A DNA stretch of 64,000 nt from Acidimicrobiia bacterium (GCA_041567895.1 JBFGAX010000008.1:1223-65222), one strand, 5' to 3'; shown: positions 48,605-56,878, numbered from the stretch's first letter. Translations and numbers: made by a program. Notes: a model not told the origin generated them from the sequence alone.

Positions 48605-49224
48605 TAGCGCAGCCGGGGGTTGAGCGTGTAGGTGGACGTGATGGCCGCGGAGCCGAGTACGTGGCCTTCGATGGCGGCGTTGAGTTCGTCAACCGTGAAG
48701 CCAACCGCCAATCCGACGCTGGCAACGTCGAGCGCGTACACGGTGAATTCGTACCGATGGATGATCGAATCGTTCCACGGCGGGCACGGACCGTCATAAC
48801 CATGCCAGGTACCGCCCATCTCGGGGTCCTCCGCAAACCAGGATGTGTAATCGTTCACACCCTCGACAGGGCCTTCCGCGACACCTGGCTTGCCGCCAGG
48901 CGTGACGCCATCAGAAAAGGCACCCGCCGCCACATGCTGTACGCCTGCCGGGACATCGGCGAGCAACCAGTGGACAAAATCGACCCTTGGCAGATCCTCG
49001 GGTACCTCGCGATCATCTTGATTGACATCATCGCCCGCGGACGGAACATCGACGTCGATGCAGGTGATAACGAAGGATTTCGTCCCTTCCGGAACGTCGG
49101 TCCACGCCAGGTCGGGATTACGGTTGGCCGCGAACGTTGCGTGGCTACCGGGATCCGGCACACACAGCGCATACTCCGAGGGTATGGGCGCACCCTCCGT
49201 GATCGAATCGCTCGTCAGTCGCAT
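48604..49224 (-). CDS. YbhB/YbcL family PEBP-like protein
   Basis: 206 aa with NRNPDLAWTDVPEGTKSFVITCIDVDVP and HRYEFTVYALD, the PEBP signature. Its stop overlaps the lcdH start by 1 nt. Confidence 0.8.
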   Translation of the reverse strand: MRLTSDSITEGAPIPSEYALCVPDPGSHATFAANRNPDLAWTDVPEGTKSFVITCIDVDVPSAGDDVNQDDREVPEDLPRVDFVHWLLADVPAGVQHVAAGAFSDGVTPGGKPGVAEGPVEGVNDYTSWFAEDPEMGGTWHGYDGPCPPWNDSIIHRYEFTVYALDVASVGLAVGFTVDELNAAIEGHVLGSAAITSTYTLNPRLR

Positions 49225-49275
49225 CGTCTTCTCCTGAGCTCCAATCCCCGAGATCCACTGCGGTCCCGGCTCGTT

Positions 49276-50196
49276 CTAATAGCCAACGTTCTCCAAACCC
49301 TTGAGCGCCAGCCGCTCTCTCGCCTCGGCCGGCGTTGCCACCTCACGTGATAGCTCATCGATGATGCGCACGATCTTTTGAACCTGCTCTTCATTGGATT
49401 CTGCGAGCCGTCCTTTGCGCAGGTACAAGCCGTCTTCGAGACCAACCCGGGCATTCCCACCGAGCAGGATTCCAGCGGTGACCAGGTCAAATTGGAAGCG
49501 CCCACCGCCGAGCACGCCCCATTCGATGTCATCGCCGAAGAGCCGATGGGCGACGGTTTTCATCGTGACCACGTTTTCGACGTCGGGTCCGATGCCGCCG
49601 AAGGTCCCGACGACGAACTGCATGAAGATGGGCGGCTTCACCAGACCCATATCGGCGAAGTGGGCCAGTGTGTAGAGGTGGCCCACGTCATAGGCCTCGA
49701 ACTCGAAACGGCAACCGGTCTCGTCAGCCAATTCTGTGAGCATGTACTCGATGTCTGCGAAGCTGCTCACGAAGGGTTCCGTTTTGGTGGATAGGAGAAA
49801 GTCTTCTTCCCAGTCGTACTTCCAGCGCCCCTCGTATTTGGGCACCATCTGGAACAACCCGTAATTCATGGTGCCGAGATTGCATGTCGCCAGCTCAGGC
49901 TTCAGCTGTCGAATCGGGGCGAGCCGTTCCTCGATGGTCTGGCCCGTCGCACCCCCGGTGGTGATGGACACGATTGCGTCTGATCGTTCTTTGATGCCCT
50001 GGCAGTACGCGCGAAACAGGCCGACATCGGCGGTTGGGCGGCCGTCTTCCGGGTCCCTGGCGTGAATGTGGATCACCGCGGCTCCTGCCCCGGCCGCTGC
50101 CACCGACTGGTCGACCATCTCGTCGACTGTTACCGGGATGTCGATGTTCATCGTGGGCGTGTGCGATCCCCCGGTCACCGCGCACGTCAAAATCAA
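49276..50196 (-). CDS. BKACE family (DUF849) beta-keto acid cleavage enzyme, presumed dehydrocarnitine cleavage enzyme
   Basis: ILTCAVTGGSHTP...IPVTVDEMVDQSVAAAGAGAAVIHIHARDPEDGRPT is the BKACE hallmark. The start is uncertain. The track ATG at 50334 would overlap the divergent coxM start, so I chose the TTG at 50196, preceded by GAGGAGGAG. That gives 306 aa, which is typical for the family. Confidence 0.82.
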   Translation of the reverse strand: MILTCAVTGGSHTPTMNIDIPVTVDEMVDQSVAAAGAGAAVIHIHARDPEDGRPTADVGLFRAYCQGIKERSDAIVSITTGGATGQTIEERLAPIRQLKPELATCNLGTMNYGLFQMVPKYEGRWKYDWEEDFLLSTKTEPFVSSFADIEYMLTELADETGCRFEFEAYDVGHLYTLAHFADMGLVKPPIFMQFVVGTFGGIGPDVENVVTMKTVAHRLFGDDIEWGVLGGGRFQFDLVTAGILLGGNARVGLEDGLYLRKGRLAESNEEQVQKIVRIIDELSREVATPAEARERLALKGLENVGY

Positions 50197-50332
50197 CTTT
50201 GAGATGAGCTCCTCCTCATGTGCAAGGGGCTTCAGGCCATCTTCCCAGAGTTGGACGGCGCCCGCAATGAAAAGGACACGCGTCGGGCGACCCGAGAGTG
50301 GTAGTGTCGAAAGGAGGACTAGAGGAGGTCTC

Positions 50333-51202
50333 ATGTATCCGCCTGCGTTCGCCTACTCCGCTCCCGAAACTCTCGACGAAGCACTCGCGACGTTGGCCGA
50401 GGAGGGCGATTCGGCTCGCGTCCTCGCCGGTGGCCAGAGTCTCATCCCCATGATGAAGCTGAGACTGGCCAACCCCGCCCATCTCGTCGACATCAACAAC
50501 ATCGAGGGACTCGACTACATCGATAGCGCAAACGGATATCTGCGCATCGGCGCTCTCGTGCGGCACAACGACATCGTCAATTCAGCGGACATCGCAGCTC
50601 ACAACGGGGCCATCGCATCTGCCGCACCCTGGGTTGCCGACCCGCTCGTGCGCAACCGTGGCACTCTTTGCGGATCCGTGGCCCACTGTGATCCGGAAGG
50701 CGACTGGAATTCGGTCATGCTGGCAGTACGAGCCGAAGTCGTCGCCCAATCTGCAACAGGCGAGCGGGTGATACCAATCGACGATTTCGTCGTCGACTTC
50801 TTCACCAACTCCCTCGCGACGGGCGAGATCGTGAGGGAAGTCAGGATCCCGAAATACACGGGGAAGGGTGGCGGCGCCTATCTGAAGCTGGAGCGCAAAA
50901 TCGGCGACTACGCCACGGTGGCCGTCGCAACCCAGCTTCAACTCGGCGACGACGGCAAGATCTCCGAGGCCGGGATTGCGCTCACGGCCGTGAACAACAA
51001 GAACACGAGAGCTGCTGCGGCAGAGCAGGCTTTGGTAGGTCAAGAACCGTCTGACGAGCTGTTCAAAGAAGCAGGCGCGCTGGCCGCCGGAGCAGCCGAA
51101 CCAGAGAGCAACGTTCGTGGGACAGCCGAATGGAAACGCAACGTCGTCAGCGTGTACACACGCCGGGGGCTCGAAGCATCCCTGGCACAGGCCCGGGCAT
51201 AG
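50333..51202 (+). CDS. coxM: Aerobic CO dehydrogenase medium (FAD) subunit
   Basis: The ATG at 50333 is preceded by AGGAGG. MYPPAFAYSAPETLDEALATL...LAGGQSLIPMMKLRLANPAHLVDIN is collinear with CoxM. It is first in an M-S-L gene order. Confidence 0.9.
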   Translation: MYPPAFAYSAPETLDEALATLAEEGDSARVLAGGQSLIPMMKLRLANPAHLVDINNIEGLDYIDSANGYLRIGALVRHNDIVNSADIAAHNGAIASAAPWVADPLVRNRGTLCGSVAHCDPEGDWNSVMLAVRAEVVAQSATGERVIPIDDFVVDFFTNSLATGEIVREVRIPKYTGKGGGAYLKLERKIGDYATVAVATQLQLGDDGKISEAGIALTAVNNKNTRAAAAEQALVGQEPSDELFKEAGALAAGAAEPESNVRGTAEWKRNVVSVYTRRGLEASLAQARA

Positions 51203-51211
51203 GAGGATCAC

Positions 51212-51676
51212 ATGCAGATAAACGTCACGCTCAACGGAGCATCGCAGTCCTCGGATGTTGAACCCCGCCAGCTCCTCGTCGACTACATCCGGGCAACGGG
51301 TGCCACCGGCACCCACATCGGCTGCGATACGACGAGCTGCGGAGCATGCACGGTCCTGGTCGACGGCACGCCCATGAAATCGTGCACGATGTTCGCCGTA
51401 CAGGCGAACGGCACATCCATCACGACGGTCGAGGGCTTGAAACAAAACGGCGAGCTCCACCAGATTCAGACATCGTTCAAAGAAAAGCACGGGCTCCAAT
51501 GTGGGTTCTGCACCCCCGGCATGATGCTGACGAGTGCGGCACTGTTGGAGCAAAACCCGGACCCGTCTGAAGACGATATCCGGTGGGCGATCAGCGGCAA
51601 CATCTGCCGATGCACCGGATACGTGAACATCGTGAAGGCCGTCCAGCACGCCGGCGAAGAAATGCGAAAGAGCTGA
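51212..51676 (+). CDS. coxS: Aerobic CO dehydrogenase small ([2Fe-2S]) subunit
   Basis: 154 aa with AGGAGG 5 nt upstream. It has GCDTTSCGACTV and CGFCTPGM...CRCTGY. Confidence 0.93.
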   Translation: MQINVTLNGASQSSDVEPRQLLVDYIRATGATGTHIGCDTTSCGACTVLVDGTPMKSCTMFAVQANGTSITTVEGLKQNGELHQIQTSFKEKHGLQCGFCTPGMMLTSAALLEQNPDPSEDDIRWAISGNICRCTGYVNIVKAVQHAGEEMRKS

Positions 51677-51688
51677 GGAGACACCACC

Positions 51689-54055
51689 ATGACCACAACC
51701 GCTCACCCGAAGACTCCTCCTGAAATCGGCGGCGTCGGCCACAGCGTCCGTCGCCACGAAGACGCCCGGTTCATTCAGGGTGCAGGCAACTACGTAGATG
51801 ACATCGAGCTCAAAGGCATGCTGCACATGGCGATCCTCCGGAGCCCGGTGGCTCACGCCAGGATTCTGTCCATCGACACATCTGAAGCCGAGGCGATGGA
51901 AGGCGTGGTGGCCGTCGTGACGGGCGAGCTCATGGCCCAGCACAACCTGGCCTGGATGCCGACGCTCTCCGGCGACACCCAGGCCGTGCTTGCGACAGAC
52001 AAGGTGCGGTTTCAAGGCCAGGAGGTGGCGGCCGTCATTGCCACGGACTCCTATATCGCCCGCGATGCCCTGTCAGCCATCTTTGTCGACTATGACGAGC
52101 TGCCTGCCATTACCGACCCGCGGCAAGCCATGGCAGAGGGAGCGGTCGTGATCCGCGATGAGAAGGAAGGTCAGACAGACAATCTCGTCTACGAATGGGA
52201 GTCGGGCGACAAGGACCTGACGGACCGCGCCTTCGCCGAAGCCGACAAAGTGGTGAGCATCGAGACCCACTATCCCCGTTCTCACCCGGCGCCGCTCGAG
52301 ACCTGCGGGGCGGTAGCTGACGTCGATCCGATCACCGGGCAAGTAACCGTATACATGACCTCGCAAGCCCCACATGCCCATCGCACCGTTTTCGCTCTGG
52401 TCACGGGCCTGCCAGAACAGAATATTCGAATTATCTCGCCTGACATAGGAGGCGGCTTCGGCAACAAGGTTCCCGTCTACCCGGGTTATGTCGTCGCCAC
52501 AGCAGCCTCGCTGCTGCTCGGCAAGCCGGTCAAATGGGTCGAGTCGAGAACCGAGAATCTCATCTCGACCGGGTTCGCTCGCGACTACTACATGAAGGGA
52601 GAGCTGGCCCTCAACAGCGAGGGCCGCATCCTCGGCCTCCGCAGCGAAATCTGGTCTGACCAGGGCGCGTTCTTCGCCGATGCCCAGCCGACCAAGTTCA
52701 AGGCAGGCCTTTTCCATATCGTCACCGGGTCCTACGACTATCCGGCTGCTCATGTCGTGGCGCACGGGGCCTATACGAACAAGGCACCGGGCGGGGTGGC
52801 CTATCGCTGTTCTTTCCGCGTGACCGAGGCCTCGTATCTGATTGAGCGGCTGGTTCAGACGGCCGCTTATGAGATCGGTATGGACCCTGCCGAGTTTCGA
52901 TCGCTCAACTTCATCAAGCCCGAGCAGTTCCCGTATCACTCTCCAACCGGGTTTGTGTATGACTCCGGCGACTATGAGGCGGCGATGCGCAAAGCCCTCG
53001 GCATCGCAAGGTACGAAGAACTCAGAGAGGAACAGAAAGCCGCAAGGGAAGAAGGCAGGCTGATCGGACTCGGGCTCGCCAGCTTCACGGAGGTCGTCGG
53101 CGCAGGCGGCTCAAATGAATACGACATCCTCGGCCTGAAGATGTTCGACTCGGCCGAGCTCCGTATCCATCCGACCGGTAAGGCGATTCTCAAGCTGGGC
53201 GTCCGTAGTCAGGGCCAGGGCCACGAGACCACATTCGCCCAGATTGTGGCAGAGGAACTCGGCATCCCGGTCGGCGACATAAAGGTGGTCGAAGGCGATA
53301 CGGACAACACTCCGTACGGATTGGGTACCTACGCCAGCCGCAGTACGCCGGTCGCAGGCGCCGCCACGGCGATGATCTCACGCATGTTGCGCGAGAAGGC
53401 TCGCAAGATCGCGGCTCATTTGATGGAAGCCTCGCCGGATGACCTCGAGTGGGAACCTGGCAAGTTCTCGGTGACCGGTTCTCCGGACAAGTTCGTCACG
53501 ATCCAGGACATTGCGTTCGCTGCCTACACGAATATGCCCGAGGACACCGAATATGGACTCGAGGGGGTTCACTATTACGACCCGCCGAACATGACATATC
53601 CCTTCGGGACCTATGTGGTAGTGGTAGAAGTCGATCCCGAGACCGGTGTCTGGAAGGTTGACCGCATGGTGGCGGTCGATGACTGCGGCGTTCGCATCAA
53701 TCCGATGATCGTGGAGGGCCAGATCCAGGGCGGCCTGACCGAAGGATTCGCTGCTGCAGCCATGCAATGGATCACCTTCGACGAAGATGGCAACTGCATC
53801 GGCTCCAACTTCATGGACTATCTGGTCCCGACGGCCTGGGAGACACCTCGCTTCGAACTGGACGAAACCGTCACCCCGTCCCCCCACCATCCGATCGGAG
53901 CCAAGGGTGTCGGCGAATCTGCAACTGTCGGATCACCGGCCGCCTACGTCAATGCCGTAATCGATGCCGTCGCCCACCTGGGTGTGCGAAACATCGATAT
54001 GCCGCTCCTGCCCGACCGGGTTTGGAGCGCCATTCAGGACGCCAAGAACCGATAG
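51689..54055 (+). CDS. coxL: Aerobic CO dehydrogenase large (Mo-Cu) subunit, form I
   Basis: 788 aa. The active-site loop is VAYRCSFR at aa 370-377 (AYRCSFR is encoded by nt 52799-52819). This is the form I signature, as opposed to AYRGAGR of form II. It also has GGGFGNK. Confidence 0.93.
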   Translation: MTTTAHPKTPPEIGGVGHSVRRHEDARFIQGAGNYVDDIELKGMLHMAILRSPVAHARILSIDTSEAEAMEGVVAVVTGELMAQHNLAWMPTLSGDTQAVLATDKVRFQGQEVAAVIATDSYIARDALSAIFVDYDELPAITDPRQAMAEGAVVIRDEKEGQTDNLVYEWESGDKDLTDRAFAEADKVVSIETHYPRSHPAPLETCGAVADVDPITGQVTVYMTSQAPHAHRTVFALVTGLPEQNIRIISPDIGGGFGNKVPVYPGYVVATAASLLLGKPVKWVESRTENLISTGFARDYYMKGELALNSEGRILGLRSEIWSDQGAFFADAQPTKFKAGLFHIVTGSYDYPAAHVVAHGAYTNKAPGGVAYRCSFRVTEASYLIERLVQTAAYEIGMDPAEFRSLNFIKPEQFPYHSPTGFVYDSGDYEAAMRKALGIARYEELREEQKAAREEGRLIGLGLASFTEVVGAGGSNEYDILGLKMFDSAELRIHPTGKAILKLGVRSQGQGHETTFAQIVAEELGIPVGDIKVVEGDTDNTPYGLGTYASRSTPVAGAATAMISRMLREKARKIAAHLMEASPDDLEWEPGKFSVTGSPDKFVTIQDIAFAAYTNMPEDTEYGLEGVHYYDPPNMTYPFGTYVVVVEVDPETGVWKVDRMVAVDDCGVRINPMIVEGQIQGGLTEGFAAAAMQWITFDEDGNCIGSNFMDYLVPTAWETPRFELDETVTPSPHHPIGAKGVGESATVGSPAAYVNAVIDAVAHLGVRNIDMPLLPDRVWSAIQDAKNR

Positions 54056-54057
54056 TC

Positions 54058-55011
54058 ATGCAACGGGCCCTTGAACTCGCCGGGCGACTGGCTTCGAGGC
54101 GAACCCCGTTTGTTCTCGCCACTGTTGTCTGGCGGCGCGGACCATCCTCGGGCCACAAGGGCTCCAAAGCTGTCATCGCGACCGACGGATCGATCACGGG
54201 TTGGCTGGGAGGAGCCTGTGCAGAGCCAACCGTCATCAAGCAGGCGCTCGATGCGCTGGTCGACGGAACCCCCCGCCTTCTCCAGCTGGGACCGGCAGAA
54301 GAATTCGGCAACCGTCGCGACGAGGCTGTCGTGGCTGTGCCAATGGCTTGCGAGAGCGATGGAGCAATGGAGGTCTACTTGGAACCCGTCGTGCCCGAAC
54401 CCAGCCTTGTCGTAATCGGCAAATCGCCCGGAGCCGAAACTCTGGCCCGGATGGGAGCCCTGCTCGGCTGGCGAGCAGTGCTGATCGATGACGGAGGCGA
54501 CCTGAAAACATCCGGCGACGTGGAAGTTCGGAGCACGCTCGACCTGGATCAGCTTGCGATCGGCGAGCGTGACTTTGTCGTGGTCGCTACCCAGGGCCAC
54601 TACGACGAGAAAGCTCTCGAAGCGGCGCTTGCAACACCCGCCGGTTACGTGGGCCTCGTCGCTTCGCGGAAACGTGCAGCCTCTGTATTCGAATTTCTTC
54701 GGGGATCGGGAATATCCGACGAAGCCCTCGCCAGGATCCACGCCCCCGCGGGACTCGATTTGGGAAGCCTGCCGAACGACCAGATTGCGGTCGCGGTTCT
54801 TGCCGAGATGGTCTCGCTGCAGGCGGGCGGAGGCCTTACAACAGGCGTTACGGTTTCCCGGCGGGAAGAAGCCATCGATCCCGTGTGCGACATGATCGTG
54901 AATGTCGAAACAGCCCGCTGGACCCACGAGCACGATGGACACACCTATTACTTCTGCGCCCCCGGGTGCAAAACCGCATTCGCAAACGACCCGGCGAGCT
55001 TCGTCACGTAA
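54058..55011 (+). CDS. XdhC/CoxF-type Mo-enzyme maturation factor fused to a C-terminal YHS/TRASH metal-binding domain
   Basis: The ATG at 54058 lies 3 nt after the coxL stop. The XdhC_CoxI N-domain is FVLATVVWRRGPSSGHKGSKAVI. The Rossmann-like domain is LVVIGKSPGAETLA...VVATQGHYDE. The last 44 aa, DPVCDMIVNVETARWTHEHDGHTYYFCAPGCKTAFANDPASFV (nt 54877-55008), form a YHS-type domain. Confidence 0.85.
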   Translation: MQRALELAGRLASRRTPFVLATVVWRRGPSSGHKGSKAVIATDGSITGWLGGACAEPTVIKQALDALVDGTPRLLQLGPAEEFGNRRDEAVVAVPMACESDGAMEVYLEPVVPEPSLVVIGKSPGAETLARMGALLGWRAVLIDDGGDLKTSGDVEVRSTLDLDQLAIGERDFVVVATQGHYDEKALEAALATPAGYVGLVASRKRAASVFEFLRGSGISDEALARIHAPAGLDLGSLPNDQIAVAVLAEMVSLQAGGGLTTGVTVSRREEAIDPVCDMIVNVETARWTHEHDGHTYYFCAPGCKTAFANDPASFVT

Positions 55012-55020
55012 GGAGAGTCA

Positions 55021-55599
55021 GTGAAAATCAGCCACGAATTCGAGGTCGAGCGCCCACTCGAGCGAGTGTGGGAAACATTCCAGGATGTGCCAACTGTTGC
55101 CCAGTGTCTCCCCGGAGCCAGCATCACCGAGGAAAAAAGCGACAACGTTTACGCAGGTGCGGTAGAGGTGAAACTCGGACCAATGAATGCCAAGTTCGAG
55201 GGCGAAGCCACCGTCACGCCTGATCACTCGAACCACAGCGGGTCCATAATCGGCAAGGGAGTGGACCGCAGTGGAGGAAGTCGAGGATCGGTCGACGTGG
55301 AGTATCGCCTGGCGAGCGTCGGTGAGCACACCCGGGTCTTTGTCGAAGCCGATATCAAGCTCTCCGGTGCCGTCGCCCAGTTTGGCCGCACCGGCCTGAT
55401 CGAAGAAATGTCTAGACGGCTGATCGATGAGCTGGTCTATTGCTTGCACAGCAAGTTGGACGCGGCGACGCCAGAGGAAGCAGCGACGATCGAAGCCGGG
55501 GACGTCAAGGGAATTGGTCTGCTGTTTTCGAGTTTGGTCAGCTGGATCGGAAACCTGGTGAAGCGGCTTCTGGGTCGGGTTCGAAAAACGGCGCCCTAG
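55021..55599 (+). CDS. coxG: CoxG (SRPBCC-fold CO dehydrogenase subunit G) with a C-terminal hydrophobic tail
   Basis: The GTG start is preceded by AAGGAGAG. MKISHEFEVERPLERVWETFQDVPTVAQCLPGA...GSVDVEYRL is the typical CoxG pattern. The tail GIGLLFSSLVSWIGNLV looks like a membrane anchor. Confidence 0.85.
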   Translation: MKISHEFEVERPLERVWETFQDVPTVAQCLPGASITEEKSDNVYAGAVEVKLGPMNAKFEGEATVTPDHSNHSGSIIGKGVDRSGGSRGSVDVEYRLASVGEHTRVFVEADIKLSGAVAQFGRTGLIEEMSRRLIDELVYCLHSKLDAATPEEAATIEAGDVKGIGLLFSSLVSWIGNLVKRLLGRVRKTAP

Positions 55600-56366
55600 C
55601 CGTTTGGCAGGTGTCGTCGGATGAGGTAGTTGTAGATCTGCCAACCCGACCACGGACGCACGAGATCGTTTTTGGCAATGCGCGACGCTTCGTCCGACAG
55701 CCGAACCGGCCGCTTGGCCTTGAGAGCGACTTCGGCGGCCCGTTCCATTTCGATCAACCAGGCAACGGCTTCCGCCGCGCTTTTGCCTGTGGTGAGTACG
55801 CCGTGGTTTGCGAGGATGACATGGCTGTTGTCGTCGAGCGCGACCGCGATGCGCTTGCCTCCGTCCGCCGAGAGAATTTGAACCTCTTCGTCATCGAAGA
55901 GTGCATGATCCTCGAAGAATTGCGTGGCCTCCTGATTGATCGGCTCGAGCAGCCGTCGTTCGGTCGAGTAGGTGGTCGCGTACGGGGCATGGACGTGAGC
56001 CGCCGCCTCGATATCGGGCCTGGCCTCGTGGATGGGGTGATGAATGTGGTATCCGGTGATGTTGATCGGCGCCGCGACCGCGCCGATCGATCGATCGGAG
56101 ACGGTGTCGCCCCCTGGTGAGACAAGCACCGTGTCCTCCGGTGCAGCACTGTGAAAAGAGACTCCATATCGCAGCGTCCAGAAATGGTCGCGACGTTCGG
56201 GATCCCGAAAAGAGATGTGTCCGTCACCCATGTCCCCGAAGCGCAGGGCCCCGAAGAGTCGATAACACTGAGCCAGCTGCCCCCGTCGTCGCACTCGCTC
56301 TTGAGCCGGATCGGCCAGAAACGGTTCGGGCTCACCGGGCGAGAATGGTTCGTGCGCCATCATCAA
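55596..56366 (-). CDS. Class II aldolase/adducin family protein
   Basis: 256 aa. It reads GHISFRDPE...HIHHPIHEARPDIEAAAHVHAPY...ILANHGVLTTGKSAAEA, the characteristic zinc-His pattern. Confidence 0.85.
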   Translation of the reverse strand: MMMAHEPFSPGEPEPFLADPAQERVRRRGQLAQCYRLFGALRFGDMGDGHISFRDPERRDHFWTLRYGVSFHSAAPEDTVLVSPGGDTVSDRSIGAVAAPINITGYHIHHPIHEARPDIEAAAHVHAPYATTYSTERRLLEPINQEATQFFEDHALFDDEEVQILSADGGKRIAVALDDNSHVILANHGVLTTGKSAAEAVAWLIEMERAAEVALKAKRPVRLSDEASRIAKNDLVRPWSGWQIYNYLIRRHLPNG

Positions 56367-56391
56367 ACGCTACCAAATCACAACCACCCGT

Positions 56392-56856
56392 ATGATCGCG
56401 AGCATGGCAATCACCTCTGCCGGACTGCTCATTTACAGGACAGCTCTCCCCGAGCTCGAGGTGCTGTTGGGTCGGCTCGGTGGGCCGCTATGGGCGAAAC
56501 GAGAGCATTGGACCATCCCGAAAGGCATCGTCGAAGACGGCGAATCAGAGCTCGAAGCCGCCTATCGCGAATTCAGCGAAGAAACCGGCTGGGTCGCACC
56601 TGCCGGCGAGCCATTGCCGTTGGGCGAGATACGCCAGCGCGGCGGAAAGCGGGTCGTCGCCTGGGCAGTCGAGGGAAACCTGGACCCCGCAACATTCCAA
56701 CCCGGCACGTTTCAGATGGAGTGGCCCCGTAACTCGGGAAAGATCGGCGAGTTTCCCGAGCTCTCCGAAGTGCGATGGTTTGACCTGTCCATCGCAACCA
56801 GCACGATCAATCCGGCCCAGGCACCGCTCCTCGACCGGCTGGCTGCCTACGGTTGA
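56392..56856 (+). CDS. NUDIX hydrolase
   Basis: The complete Nudix box GIVEDGESELEAAYREFSEETGW (Gx5Ex7REUxEExGU) is present. An alternative start lies at 56404. Confidence 0.85.
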   Translation: MIASMAITSAGLLIYRTALPELEVLLGRLGGPLWAKREHWTIPKGIVEDGESELEAAYREFSEETGWVAPAGEPLPLGEIRQRGGKRVVAWAVEGNLDPATFQPGTFQMEWPRNSGKIGEFPELSEVRWFDLSIATSTINPAQAPLLDRLAAYG

Positions 56857-56878
56857 AACCGGCGGGTAGCGTGACGGC

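Noticed and set aside
47042-48607. 521-aa plus-strand ORF across lcdH and the acyl-CoA dehydrogenase gene
   Set aside because: Antisense shadow. It spans two independently well-supported minus-strand genes and their 10-nt intergenic gap.
50197-50332. Possible Moco riboswitch or other structured RNA upstream of coxM
   Set aside because: I could not recognise conserved riboswitch core sequences by eye, and the region is barely long enough. A covariance-model scan is needed before any claim.
50582-52015. 477-aa minus-strand ORF across coxM, coxS and the start of coxL
   Set aside because: Antisense shadow spanning three genes, each with a strong RBS and family motifs on the plus strand.
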